Shown: positions 39,482-54,627, numbered from the stretch's first letter. The stretch is 64,000 nucleotides of DNA from the human T2T-CHM13v2.0 reference genome, Homo sapiens (GCF_009914755.1 NC_060930.1); one strand, 5' to 3'. Program-made: numbers and translations. The notes: a model not told the origin generated them from the sequence alone.

Positions 39482-39707
39482 CTGTAATCCTGTCCTGAAT
39501 CCTTATATGCTCAGAATGATGTCCAAACAAAGAACATTTGTTATCCTGGTTAAAAATGGCAGGGGCGAGGAATCCAGTCACAGAAAAGTAATCCACCTCA
39601 CCATGTGTTTCCTGACTGGCTTCATTTTTTCATTCCCATACAATGTGGTGTTGGGTTGTGGCTCTCCTACAAATAGGCTTTCAGTTCCACTGAGGGAATG
39701 CAATGGT
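39482..39707 (-). pseudogene. Candidate fossil exon, TIG-like
   Basis: Acceptor ...ggactacag. PLHSLSGTESLFVGEPQPNTTLYG...SSPLPFLTRITNVLCL, with 2 stops in 75 codons. Donor weak. Confidence 0.5.
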
Positions 39708-40956
39708 CTGTAGTCCACAGAAATGGCAATGAGAGATCTGACAAGAGCCCTGCATGTCCTGAGTGTGTAAGAGTCCCAGCTGACTTAAATACCTCCCTGC
39801 TGCCTGAGTGGAGTTATTCATTTGAATTTTGGTTCCTCTGTTTTTCAATCTATAATGGGAAAATGTTTAATAATTTCTTGCAATTTACTCATCTTATTTT
39901 AAACTCTTATGTAACCTGAATACTTGATATTATAGTATAACCACTTTGTGTTTTTCTATCATATAATTGATCAATGGATTTCCCAATAAAAACTATTTGT
40001 TCAGAGATTAAAGAAAAAGAGAAACCCGACAAGGAGCATTAATTTGATGAGGAAATCTATTTCCACAATTATCTATTTTATATTATCAACTGCTTCATCA
40101 CCAGGGCACCTAACACATAGATATCTGACAAATATTCATTGATGCATTATTCTAAGCATACTAGGTACTAATCAAATATTCTTTATCAGCCTATGATAAT
40201 TTTCATCTCTGGTATAAGAGGTGGCCAATAAGGTTTAATTGATATAGAAATCACAAAGTTAAATCTCAAAAATCATATAAAGTTTCAAGAAATTGAAGGA
40301 TGGAATAAAAGTAGGCATTAAAAAGATGCTAGTAAAACATTAAATGTCATACCTTTGAAATTACCTTGTTTCTTAATTAGAATTCTTCAAGCATATCAAT
40401 TGAACTTGTCTTCACCGAGAACCACACCCTAGGCAAATTCAAAGTATGGAAGGGAATTATTTTCTAGTTAATGAAGCATGTAAGTTTATTTTAATATTCA
40501 AGGTTATGATGGGTGAAATGTAAACTGAGAAGTTTTCCTTTTTATCGTGGGTCATGGTATAATAGCAGTACTTACTTTATGAAATAAATGTCCAATTACC
40601 ATAAAACAAATGGAAGGCCATTATATTTTGCTTGGTTTTTGTATGCAGTCTGTGAATTTTGTTTCCTTACAAATTAACTTGCTGTAATACTTTGTATATG
40701 TAGTTAATCCAGGGAACCCAACCTTATCTTTTCCTCATTATGAACTGTTTGGGCTCTTTTCTAGCAATGGTAACTCAAGACTTTCTCATCTCTGAACCTT
40801 TGCATAAACCATTCTCTCTGCATAAAATGGCTTTTTCCTTTCCTCTGCCAATCTATGAATTTTTTTTTCCAAGACTTTTCAAAAACTCATCTCTCCTAAT
40901 ATGCTTTCCATGTCACTTTCTTTAATCATTTATAATTATACATATATGAAGGTTGG

Positions 40957-41304
40957 TGTCTTAGTTCATTTTATTTTGCTATAACATAAGACCTGAGACA
41001 GGGTAATTTACACTAAAGAGGAATTTACTGGCTCACAGTTCTGGAGGCTGGGAAGTCCAAGATCAAGAAGCTGGCATCTTGCAGCAAGGGCTTTCTTGCT
41101 GCATCATCCCATGTCAAAGGTAAGAGGGCAAAAGAGGACAAGAGGAGGTTGAACATGCCCTTTTACAAGGGCAACATTCCCACCCATGAGGGTGGAGCCT
41201 TCATGGCCTAATCACCTCTAAAAGGTCCCACCTTTTAATACTGTTACAATGGAAATTAAATTTCAACATGAGTTTTAGAGGAGACAAACATTAAAACCAT
41301 AGCA
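40957..41304 (-). mobile_element. MSTC/MSTD-type solo LTR
   Basis: tgtcttag...accatagca. TSD gttgg/gttga. Confidence 0.9.
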
Positions 41305-41684
41305 GTTGAATCAGTCACCTTAATTGGCTAGATAATCCCAATAACAAGTGAATCATTTATCTTTGCCTGGCATAAGATTGCTAGACTCAGCTCTCTGCTG
41401 CATTTGTTTATGGGGAAGTGGGGAGCAAGAGGAAGGACTAGTTAGGACAGTTGCAGAGTGTGTGGCTCAGTGCTAGCTTATTACCCTAGGAACAGAGTTT
41501 GCATTATATATCAATATTAGCTTTTTAGCTGTTCTTTGTCATTGTATGTCTATTTCATTTGTATTTGCCTGTCTCCATCATTATATTCTATTTATTTTAT
41601 CCATTTATGGTGAGTCTTTTGAAACCAACAATGTTAGAATTATTATGTGTTTCTATGAGTAGTGCGAACACATTGGTTGATGAT

Positions 41685-41880
41685 GCCACAGTGACAAATT
41701 CAATTGCCTTCAGGGCCCAAGCAAGTTATATAAATGTGTAAAGAGATACAGTGTTAGACAGGGAGCAGAGGCTATGTAAACTGGAGGTGCCTGCCCAGCC
41801 TAGGGGCATTCAAATGCAAAAATTCACAACACCCCTGCCAGTCCAATTTGGCCTTCCACTCACTAGTTTGCAACCCCTGA
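41685..41880. mobile_element. MER102/103-like hAT element
   Basis: caaattcaattgccttcagggcc...gtaaactggag...agtttgcaacccctg. Confidence 0.6.
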
Positions 41881-42799
41881 TGCCCTTATTTCTTGCTCTT
41901 AGCCTGTGAGGGATGTTGGTGGTGACAGGGTGATTAGCTACATTTTGTTGGTGAAGGAATTGAAACACAGAATAGTAACTTTACAAAAGTCACACAGGAA
42001 ATCAGCTTCATGCCTATGTCTTGTTCAAAGAGAATAGATTGTAAAAAGGTAAAATGGAAAGCATGACCTAAAACCTGAAAGTGAATGAGCAAGTTTCTTT
42101 CTCTTACAGAAAAATATTTTCTAGTATTTGTAAGCAGTTTACTTGATCATATAATAAGTTTTAAAAGCATAATTAAATCAGTCTCCTTTAATATTATTTG
42201 TGTGTGTATATGCACATGTGTGTGTATATATATACACATACATACACACGTATTTTATGATTAAATTATAATTAATTTGGGAAATTTGGTATCTCATCAT
42301 TCCTAAAAGATTTTTAATAATATATAAATTACCTTGCATTATAGAAAACCTAACTTTCAGGAGGAGAATTGTCCCTTTTCTAGATGTCCTACAGGTTTTT
42401 GCCCCCAAGATTATGTTTTATTTACTATTATTACTATTAGCTTTGAGGGGAAAAGAAGGTTGGGTAACAGATCCTAGAATCCTCTTTTAATGTGAATGCT
42501 TTGAAATTTTTGTTCACTTCTACCACAAGCTGAGAAGTAGACAAAAAATATTCTGCAAATCAAGCCCGTTAAAATTTCACTGCAAAGCATGGACTTGACT
42601 GACTGCAAGTGGAGCTGTCAGCTCATACAGGCGTCACTGTCAAAGGGCCATGTCATCTGTCAGTGTCGGTTCCAGCTCACTGTTCCACATAGAGGGAATG
42701 CACTGCTGCCTCCCAATTGATAACACGCTGCCAGAAGCATGTTACTTTCTCATCCGTCTTCTTGTAGCTGTCAAAAATGGAATCCATTAATTAGTTTGT

Positions 42800-43323
42800 T
42801 CTTGTGAATTTTAGTTGTTCTGAAGACATGTAAATTTCAAAGTAAGACAAATAAAAATCCCAACCCAAACCATGATGCCAATAAGAGCTCAAAATCCCAA
42901 AGTGGCAACTATTACTGACAGTGGCAAAAACTGACCAGCTAAACTCTGCCTTAAGTGAATATAATGATGTGGCTAGTTTCTCATCCCTTTTAATGAGAGC
43001 AAGCTTCCCAAGGCAGCAGAGGGAGAGAGGGAGAGTTAGAGAATCAGGCGGGAGAGACGCCCTGAACACGACTCTAACTAGTCAGGCAGTTTGACACAAC
43101 TTAGAGAGCCTGGTTGCTGCTGCTACTGCATGATTGCCTTTTTGTATTTTATTCCTCTCCAGTGGATTTCAAAAAAAGTTTGATGGGCTTTATTTTCCTC
43201 ATTTTGGGGGTCCCACAAAGCACAGGGAATTCTGTAAATCCTGTATACGTGAGACTGGGCACCTCATGTGTAATTCACTTCAGCACTCCAGTCTACAGTA
43301 TATCTAGGATTTGAAGGAATGCT
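42800..43323 (-). pseudogene. Candidate fossil exon, TIG-like (3' end uncertain)
   Basis: Acceptor gtttcttctag. GTPKMRKIKPIKLFLKSTGEE matches the P-x-I-x-x-I-x-P start of a TIG domain; GVSPA*FSNS follows. Confidence 0.45.
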
Positions 43324-43469
43324 CTAGAAGAAACTTGAAACAAATACGTTGAACAACCTTTATGTCTGATACAGTATATTGCAAACATAGTATGGTTTAG
43401 CTCAATCCAATTTTTTCTCTTTCCATCTTTTCAAGTGAGTGATAAAGGATTGCATTAACACTAACTTAT

Positions 43470-43758
43470 TCTATTCTATTCTATAAGCATTTATTAGGTG
43501 ACTATTTTGTATAGCTCACTGTGCTAGGCACTCTGGGAAATACAAAAGGGATTAAAATACAGCTTTTGCCCTCTACAAGTGCCAACTTTAGAGGAAGAGG
43601 CAGGCACATACACAAAGTGCCCTAGGGTACCAAATAATGAACCATGGCAGAGAGGAAAGAGAGATGTGCTCTCCATCCCAGGGAATCTGAGAAGGGTTAC
43701 TGGAGCAAGCAATGCTTGAGCAACGCTTTGAAGGAAGTGTTGGTCTTCACATAGCTGT
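43470..43758 (-). mobile_element. L2 3' fragment
   Basis: aagcatttattaggtgactat...cactgtgctaggcactctggg. Confidence 0.75.
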
Positions 43759-44121
43759 TGCTATGGTTTGAATATTTGTGCTTCCCTGAAATTCATAAAT
43801 TGAAATCTAATCTCCAAGGTGATGGTATTAGGAATTTAAAGGCCTTTGGGAGGTGATTAAATCATGAGAGCAGAGCCCTCATGGCTGAGATTAGTGCCTC
43901 TATACAAACAGGCCTGAGAAAGCTGGCTTGCCTCTCCCATCATGTGAGCACACAGCAAGAAGGTGTCATCTATGAGGAAGCAGGCCTGCAACAGACATCT
44001 AACCTGCCAGTGCCTTGATCTTGTACTTCCCCACCTGCAGAACTAGGAGAAATGAATTTCTGTTGTTTATAAGCCATCCAGTCTATGGTATTTTATTACA
44101 GCAGATGGACAAACTAAGATA
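43759..44121 (+). mobile_element. MLT1A/MSTD-type solo LTR
   Basis: tgctatggtttgaat...aactaagata. TSD gctgt/ggtgt. Confidence 0.88.
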
Positions 44122-45227
44122 GGTGTAATAACCCACCTTTTTCCCCTTTCATATCATGTATAAAGGAGAAAGTGTGGAGCAAAGAAGTTACTCTGTAAAT
44201 GACCAGGAAGATAGAGCTTCCACAGGTGGAGATGAGCGGGGAAGAGCTTTGCATTCAGAGGTGCCGATGTGAGGGCTAATTCAGCACAGTGCAGGGAGGG
44301 TTCTAGGATGGAGACATCCTCCCAAGCACTGTACATTTTACCAAAGCCAACAAATAAGGTGGCCCTTTCCTGAAACATGTAGGGGAAAGCAGTTTATTAA
44401 CAGGTTGCAGGAATACATCTAATGATTTGTAGCATAAGTAAATGGTAAATACAACCAGAAGAATCTTTCTAAAATTTTAAAAATTCCTTACAGGTTTATG
44501 CATTGCCAGCTGGGATACAATATAGAATGGAAAAGTATTAGAATTAATGAAAAGTAAGATAAAAAATAATTTAGCAGAATCTTTTTTTAAGCTCTTCAAA
44601 ACACTTAAGGAATTTGTGATTCTTTTCTAGTCAATAGCATAGTAGTTTAGGGTTATTTAAGCCCCAGGAGGGAAAGGACCTCGTTTTGCTCATTGCTGAA
44701 TCCATATAACCCAGAAAAGTGTGTGGCTCATAATAAGAACTCAATCAGCATTTGTTGAATGTACTTCTGGCAAAACCTATCAACTGTAGCTCAGCTGAGT
44801 CTTAGAAGTGGAACAAACACTGCTGTGCTCAGGCTCATTCTGCCACCATACATGAAGAATAACTTTAGTTTAAGCTGAAGTTTTACTAGAAGGATAAGGG
44901 CTTTGTATTTTAAAATATGGACATTTGTCAACTAATTTGGTCATGGTTACTTCTTACAATTTGAATAAAATTGATTTAAAAGGAAAGAAAACAAATTGAT
45001 AGCTTAGAAAAATGAACTATCAACAAAGGAATTTTGCTAATGCTAAAAATGTTTGAAGTGCTTATATTTCTTTCTATAAAATGCTAACAGTAAGGTTTAC
45101 CTAGAACAAAGTGAGATTGTCAACTATCTGATTTATTCAGTCTCCCTAACTAGCCAACTTAAATAATTCAGTCAGCAAAGTGTATTTGGTATAAAGAAAA
45201 CTAGTTCGACTGCCTTCTAAACTTCAC

Positions 45228-46039
45228 CTTGGGATATTTGGGCCCAGTCTCTGTGTCGATAGGTTAAAGATGTTAACTAGTTGCTTCATTGATAACTGCA
45301 GGTAGTTTGCTTATATGCTTCTAATAAACAGGAGTGAATGTGGTAACCTCTCTGGACTGAATCAGTGAGGAAGAAACACAAAAACACTTGAGGAGTAACT
45401 GAAAAGAGCATAGCACAGATGTAGGCAGGAGCAATATTCAAACCATGCAACAACTGACCCCTAAGAATGGACACTGGCTGCAGCTATGGTCCAGAGTCTG
45501 GGAAGAACCATTTTGGGTCGGGCATTGCTGGATAGTGAGGGAGACCAAGGCAGCAAGTTGGGAGCACTCGGTATAGGAGGGTGGGTAGTGCTTGTGGCAG
45601 CAGACGTTTACCACTGGTACAAAAATATCTTGATCTCTTAACAGTCAGTACAACCAAACCAGTGTACACTTGTTGAAAATTACCTCCTTGATATGGACAT
45701 AAAGTCTGGTTTTCATCCATGAGGAGCTGCTATTAGTGCTCAAGTGTTCAAGCCCATTCGTACGAACATTCCAGCTGGACTGAACATTAGGCCAAGCAAC
45801 CAAAGGGGAGTGTCCAGGAAATTGACCGCTCCCTGGTTGTCTGTTGGTAGATCCAGTGTGATCTCTTGTTGAGCTTGGGTTGGATCAAATGATGCCTACT
45901 GGGGGCTGTTGACACGTATCACAGAGAGAGATCAAAAGGTTTCCTTTAACCAATGGGGATGTCATACTTTAACTTCTAGCACACACCTCTGACACAATAG
46001 TACTTGTCACATCAAAATCCAGTTCACTTAACTCAAGTT
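45228..46039 (-). pseudogene. Candidate large fossil exon, TIG-like
   Basis: About 800 bp of repeat-free, GC-raised sequence. By hand count one frame has 7 stops versus 14 and 14 in the others over 45241-46080. Motifs PLVKGNLLISL and FFPDSGP*LQPVSILRG...HGLNIAPAYIC. Confidence 0.55.
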
Positions 46040-46273
46040 CTACACGTGTACAATAAAAACTGAAATTGACTGGGTTATTTGGCCATTCTAATTCCTTACA
46101 GTCTGTAGCAATACCTTGCTTCCTTCAGCCTAACCCTTCTCTCTTTCCCTCTGTACAATTCCACTCCCTACACCCAACCTTCTCTGAACAAATGTTTATT
46201 AAAACCCACTATGTGCCAGGCATTGTGCTAGGTACAGGAAATAATATTAACAAGAAATCATTTTAATGCTTAC

Positions 46274-46681
46274 CTGTACACCATTAATTCAGTTAAAGTC
46301 TATGTCAACATCCTTCCACCCATAGCAAGCTACTCTTACTATGTGTGTGAGGGGCACAGTTTCCCACAGGAGATGGATCCTGTTGGGGGAGGTAACTGCA
46401 GGAAGAGGGATTCTTAAAGGAGTGGTATTTTCAATGAGGAAATGTCATCATCGATACAGTGGGTGAAAGCCTGGCAAGTTGCACTGAAGGTACTGAAGCC
46501 TTCCTTTCGCACACACCTGTTTCAGTGGCCCAGATAAGAATGGAACACTGGCATGATCTTATCTATGCAAGCGCCATCTGAAGAGCTGATCTCAGATGCC
46601 CCCACATATCAAAAGCCAAACCATTAACTTGACTTTGATTCCATCAGAGTTGAGTATCAGTCAACAGTAGGCTGTATTTAC
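46274..46681 (-). pseudogene. Candidate fossil exon, TIG-like
   Basis: Acceptor tttttagcag, donor CAG|GTAAGC. IDKIMPVFHSYLGH*NRCVRKEGFSTFSATCQAF fits the TIG pattern I-x-x-I-x-P...G...GF...C...F. Confidence 0.55.
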
Positions 46682-46691
46682 CTGCTAAAAA

Positions 46692-47013
<322 letters not shown>

Positions 47014-47288
47014 CAAAAATCTTTTTAAAAAATGAACACACTTGTGGATGTTAGAAACCCACGAATGCCATTTTTCAGTAGACGAATTTCTTAGAAGTAC
47101 CTGATTGCTCATTTAATTTTTAAAATAATGAACATATTTATCCTTGGCTATGAACTCCTGCCATAAAATAAGACAGCAGTTTAGTTATCTATAAATAATA
47201 CAGCAAGGTCTGTTCAACTAATTTCTATATGTAAGATTTCCCCTTCTAATTGAATGCTTTTCTCTTTAATTAGTCAGTTTTTTGTGAC

Positions 47289-47609
47289 CTTTAAATTCTG
47301 TTGGAAAAGTTAATCCTCTGGTTAATCTGGACCAATTGGTTTCTGAAACACCATTCAGTAACAAACCATTATTTCTAGCTCAGCTTTTAATTGGTTAGAA
47401 TGTTATTGCTGCAAGATCCGGTAGCTGTCAGATTTGCCTGCTAGCCAGTCTGAGCTTTCTGGACATATTCCAAGTCATTAAAGCAACATCTCCTGTTCAA
47501 GCCAGGGATATTTATCCTAAACCCAAGCCTGATGCTCTCTCCTGCCCTTATTTAATTAAGGTTTAAAGATTGTTGGAGGGTGCCCTGATGAAGACTGGGG
47601 ACAAGTACA
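47289..47609 (-). pseudogene. Candidate fossil exon, TIG-like
   Basis: Reads PPTIFK / RAGESIRLG...RCCFNDLEYV / SRQI*QLPDL...LLLNGVSETNWSRLTRGLTF across frameshifts. Confidence 0.55.
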
Positions 47610-48019
47610 CTTTTGAGAAAAAAAAATCTGAGATTCCTTATGTTAAATGCTATTTTTGAATGATTGGGTGAAATAATTATACAAATCACAATTTAGCACT
47701 GATGCAAACTATGTTTTTGTTAGATATTTTATCACTTTTACCACAGCTTTGAAATTTCCCCTGTATTAAAAGGTCCAAGGGAACCCAACTGTATCACAGA
47801 ATTAGAATAACACTAATCAAATATCAAATCCATGAATAACTTATTGAAATTATTTCACTTTTATAAAGAATAGATCTTGTGCTTTCTTTTTAATTGTCCT
47901 ATTCATATCTGAAAAGTCACACCTTCTCAGACACTAATAGGAGATGAATATCCTATATCATCCATGTATATTTTTCCAACTATGTACCCAGAGATAGTAC
48001 TGCCTAAGGGCTTGCCATC

Positions 48020-48200
48020 AGAATCCTGACTAAGCTTTCTCCTGACTAAACTGAGTAACCTTGGTTAAATTTCTCAAGTTCTCTAGCTCCCGTTGCCTCT
48101 TTGATAAGAAAACAGTAAAATACTATTTGTGTTATAGTTTTGTAAGTGGTGATTATTAATCATAAAATGAATATGAAATGCTTTGAAAACACTGATATTC
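48020..48200 (+). mobile_element. MIR
   Basis: ctgagtaaccttggttaaatttctcaag...atgaaatgctttgaaaac. Confidence 0.6.
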
Positions 48201-48879
48201 ATGAAGTCCAAGTTTTATGAAGATTAAATCATCACACTAAAGGAGCTCCTTGAGTGACAGGCAGAATCAGGTTTATTCACTTTTAAATGGGAGAATCTGT
48301 TTCCTCTTGAGATCTTTCTCCCCTTGGTTCCACCCAATCCATTCCCAACTCACTCTCTTCTAGAGCAGCTAGTGTCACAGAGTTCCTGCTTCAGGATTCT
48401 TGCCTGCTCCTCACAATCTCTGCCCTCAATTTGCCTGATTTCCTCAAGAGGTGCATGGTAGGGAGGATGCATCTCCTCACTCCTGATGTTTCCTTCCAGG
48501 TGGAAATGTTCCATGAGTAAAGCCGTCCTGGTCCCCTTCCCTCTTCTCACTTAGTCAACCCTTTGGTTGGCAGAGTAAGTTACTAAACAGGTAAACGTGG
48601 AAAGAATGAATTGGGTATGCTTGGCTCAAAGCTTCCCTCATTGTCTCAGTACTATTTGTTATCTGTGGGTTTGTGGAGTTTACCTGTCACCCAGAAGGTA
48701 ATTCTGAGGCTGAGCATTACAAAGCCTATTTGTCTGCGTATATGAGCTGTATTCTCCACTGTAAGCTATATCAGTTTGGTCTTCTCTCTCCCTTTCTTTT
48801 ATATTTTATTTATTGATTGATTCCAAACTCAGATGAAGATAAGGGGTACTATTTTTTTAACCCACCTCAGACCCTCCAA

Positions 48880-50420
48880 ACTTACAAACCTGTATTTTTA
48901 TTCTTTACATCCCACCCACTGAGCTCCAGATCCATATACCAACTGTTTTTAAGGAATTCTGTCCATATGTTTCATTAGTATGTAAAGCACACATAAAAAA
49001 CATCTAAACTAAACTCAATTACTAAATTAAACTAAACTCTTTACCTTTTACCTAAATCTGCTCCTTTTTTTTCAGACACCATACCAGAAACCTGGGAGCC
49101 ATCATAAATTCTTCTCCATGTATCCAACTCATCACCAAGTCTTGGTAATTTTGCCTCCTCAATCCAGTCTTACTTCTTCATCTCAGATGCTTCTGCCCTA
49201 ATTCAAGCCCAGCTGCTCAATGCCTGCTCCTCACACACTGGAGTGACCTTTTAAAAATGTAAGTCACTCCACTCTTAAAGCCTTTCCTCAGCATCCCTTC
49301 CCATTTAGAACAAAATCTAAACTCATTCCTGTGGCCTATATGATCATTCCCTGTCCATGTAAGTCTCCCACCCTCTCCTAGCACACTCCCTGGCTCACTC
49401 TGCTCCAGCCACACCAGCCTCCTTGCTCTTCCAGAGCTCTCCAAGCTCTTTCCCTCTTGGCACTCTGTGCTTGCTTTCACTCTGGAATGCCCTCCCCTCT
49501 TCTTCACAAGACTAGTTCCCTCACAATATCTAGCTGTCTGCTCAACATCATCTCCTCAGAGGGAACCTCTCTGGCCATTCATCTTACCTAGCCCTCATCC
49601 CCAGGCTAATGCTGTCATGCTTTATTTTTTTTTTTTCATATCACTTAATATGAACTGGCATCATTGCTAAAATTATTTACACTAGAGTGTAACTCAATAA
49701 GGACAGGGATTTTCTCTGCCTTTGCACTGCCATGTCTCCAGCACCTAAAATAGTGCTTGGGGGCATAAATGGCACTCAACAAACACAGGTGGAAAAAATA
49801 CATTGAATGAACTATTTCAACTAATCTTTCCACCTGAAGTTACGAACCCCTCTAATCCCTTCTTCATGCTGCAGTCAATACCCTGTCTAGGGAACAAATA
49901 TGACTATGTGTGTAAATCCTAACTGAGAGCTCTTTGGCATGTGACACAAGATTCTTTGTGAACTGGCCTCTGGCTGCCCCTCTGGGCTCACCTCCTTCCA
50001 CTACTCTGGACACTTGTTCTGCTTCAGTCACTCTGATCTACCCGCCACCTCCGACAAGGCACATTCTTATATTTTCCTAACTTTAAAATAAATGGAACTT
50101 TACTCTGTCAGGAATAGTCCCCCATCTAACATATTCCTATTTATCCTTCAGAACTCAAAGCATCACCATCCCCTCCTCTGTGAAGCTGTTTCTTGCTCTG
50201 TCCGCGCTCATCCCTGCTAGTTGGTCATTCTCTTCTTTAACCGTCTAGAACTTAGAACATTGCTTTAATATTTCACCTGTCACATCGAATTGCAACCGTG
50301 TATTTGCATGTCTTGAGACAAGTACGCTGAGGGCAAGGATGTGAGTGGCATAACTGCAACACGTGGGATAATATATGGCACATGCTGGGGGTTCAATAAG
50401 GGTTATTGAATGAATAAATG
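48880..50420 (+). mobile_element. Two consecutive L2 fragments
   Basis: ggctcactctgctccagccacaccagcctcc. Two 3' ends with tgaatgaa tails at about 49810 and 50415. Confidence 0.85.
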
Positions 50421-50514
50421 AGTGAGTGCACAATAGCAAAACCACTGGGACACTGAGTGCAATGGGCTCGTCTTCTTTTATGTCCTGGCTCGTTTCAGCT
50501 CCCTACCTCTAGAC

Positions 50515-51680
<1,166 letters not shown>

Positions 51681-51698
51681 TGTTTTGATAATCTAGAC

Positions 51699-51956
51699 CT
51701 ATTCGACAAAAAATTTCTTTATCTAAAGGTCCTTAGGATACAATGATTCTATTAAAAATTAGTGAAGTTGTTTTCTGGAACCCATTCTACTGCTGGGCAA
51801 ACTCAATCTTAATTTTATCTTTTCTAAAGCATTAGTGACGATTAACTTCATTAGCATAGGTAGTTGTGACTATATTTTTTATCAAAAATGCCTTATAAAG
51901 AGAGACAGACGTATCCAGTGGTGCTGAGATGAAAGAGGCATTAACTTATGATTGTT
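51699..51956 (-). pseudogene. Candidate fossil exon
   Basis: Strong acceptor tttgttttcacag. 258 nt, phase 1-1, one frame with 4 stops (VNASFISAPLDTSVSLYKAFLIKNIV...). Confidence 0.45.
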
Positions 51957-52094
51957 CTGTGAAAACAAATCATTTGACAGTAATATGTATTGTAATAGTT
52001 TGGAAGGTCATTTAAAATAATTCATTCACATTCAACTAGAGATAGAAAATAACCTGGAATATAAGGCAAGTAAGAGCTCACTTAAAAATTCGAC

Positions 52095-52717
<623 letters not shown>

Positions 52718-52994
52718 TAAAAAAAACATTTCTTATTCTGGTACTTCTACAGGATGGAGGAGATGTCTTCAAATACAGGGGAAAAAATAATAGTGGAAAT
52801 ACCAATTAGCTACCAAATCTATACAAGAATAGATTAAAATGAGAAAAATTTAGGTATCTTTAAGGATTAAGATATATGCATATAAAATGACTGTGAATGC
52901 AGTAAGAATGTGTTGTTTTTTCTGTATCTTCTAATTTTTATCACTGATTAATAGAATTGTGACAAAAAAAGATAGATCCTTATTAACTCTTTGC

Positions 52995-53358
52995 CTGCAG
53001 AGGAAGAATTTCTAAGCATGACCTATCTGCCAGTTAAAATCAATTAAGTACCAAGAGAGTCATCAACTGGCCCAGGGCTGAAATCCATTGTAAAACTCCC
53101 TGGAAAATTCGAACAAAAAAAATGCTAATTTCTCACCATAGAGGGGGAGCAGCCTTTTAATTGGATCAGATTATTATTTTAACTCCTGGATTTTGAAGAC
53201 TGACCATAACAGTAAGTACCTCCAATAAATTTCAACCCAATCAATGTGACTCAAAGATTAGAAAACTCTGCCATTCTTTTCCCTGACAGGTAGCAAGGAT
53301 CAGTGAACTAAAAGATGGCTGGTGTCAGAAGTATTGAATAGTGTTCGTGAGACAGTAC
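52995..53358 (-). pseudogene. Candidate fossil exon containing a whole TIG-like domain
   Basis: Acceptor cttccctgcag. Single frame TPAIF*FTDPCYLSG...VTLIGLKFIGGTYCYG...HFFCSNFPGSF...PGPVDDSL. Phase 0 to 1, with a GC-type donor. Confidence 0.6.
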
Positions 53359-53647
53359 CTGCAGGGAAGCCTCGCAAAAATTACAGAACTTCTCTGGGCC
53401 TCCACTTTCTCTATTAAAAAAATAATATTTTGTAGAGACAGAATTTATATGATGACTTTGACAGGTCTATAACAAGCATAAACACATACATATGTATACA
53501 TATATGTGTGTGTGCATTTTTTAACTTCTCACCTCAGGTCTTAATTTCATTAGAAGATTGGTAATAAATAACACAAAAAGATAAGTATATTCTTTCTAAT
53601 GTCTACTTCCTTCTTTCGGGGGGATCTGGGCATAAAGCTGATCACCA

Positions 53648-53959
53648 TTTTCTTTCTTTTTTCTTTGTTTTCTTTTTGAGATGGGGTCTCACTCTGTTGC
53701 CCAGGCTGGAGTGCAGTGGCATGATCTCGGATCACTGCAATCTCCGCTTCCCAGGTTCAAGTGATTCTCCTACCTCAGTCTCCTGAGTAGCTGGGATTAC
53801 AGGCACCTGCCACCATGCCCTGCTAATGTTTGTATTTTTAGTAGAGACGGGGTTTCGCCATGTTGGCCAGGTTGGTCTCGAGCTCCTGATCTCAGGTGAT
53901 CCGCCTGCCTCGGTCTCTGTAAGTGCTGGGATTACAGGCGTGAGCCACCGCACCCGGAC
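53648..53959 (-). mobile_element. AluSx/Sz
   Basis: Full dimer. TSD ctgatcacca at 53638-53647 and 53960-53969. Confidence 0.95.
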
Positions 53960-54414
53960 CTGATCACCAATTTTTACAGTGTATAATATTAGTGAGGAGA
54001 CAATGGCTGAGTTATTTCATTACATGGTACCTTGGTTTATTTTTGTGTCATTAAAAAAAGTTCACTCTTTTCTGATTATGAAATTTATACATGCCCACTG
54101 TAGAAAAATTGGAAGGAAAAAAGATCATCCATAATCATACCACACAGAAGAATTACAACTAACATTTTGGCAGATGTCTTCTAATATTTTTCCATACTTT
54201 TTCAACTTGAGATTTTACGATAAGAACAATTTTATACTGAGCTTCTAAAGTTAACCTTGTCAGCTTTTCCCCATTAAAAACTTTTGTCAACATGAACAGA
54301 TTATTAATAGGTATGGGGAAAGGATCTCCCTTCTTTCCCTGCCCCTTCTCAATTCTTTTCTTTCTATTCTTTTTCACTGTGTTTCTTTCTTCTGTTACGC
54401 ATGCCTAGGTTTAC

Positions 54415-54627
54415 CAGTAACACCTGAGATATAGTTTGACTCTCCGGTGTTCTTTCAGAATTCAGGACCTTGAAGTCTCTATGGGAATAATTCATTGTGA
54501 CAAGTGAGGGATCTAATGTAGATGTCACAGTCACTGATTTAATCATAAATCGTAAATTGCAAGGTATCTCAGGCACTAATCCTAAAAACCCTAAATGGAG
54601 AACCCGTATTTTCTCCCTCCTGTACCA
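54415..54627 (-). pseudogene. Candidate fossil exon, still open
   Basis: Acceptor tctccag, donor CTG|GTAAAC. 213 nt = 71 stop-free codons, phase 0-0. Confidence 0.5.

Noticed and set aside
45680-45722. Plus-strand DMDIKSGFHP, resembling a reverse-transcriptase motif
   Set aside because: No downstream RT motifs; the minus-strand reading explains the block better
46676-46693. tttttagcag|gtaaat on the minus strand, resembling a recursive splice site
   Set aside because: More simply an acceptor followed by a phase-1 Gly codon; there is no evidence of a long host intron
48350-48550. 66-aa minus-strand ORF ending near a GTGAGT donor
   Set aside because: No clear acceptor and no TIG-like motif, so not counted as a fossil exon
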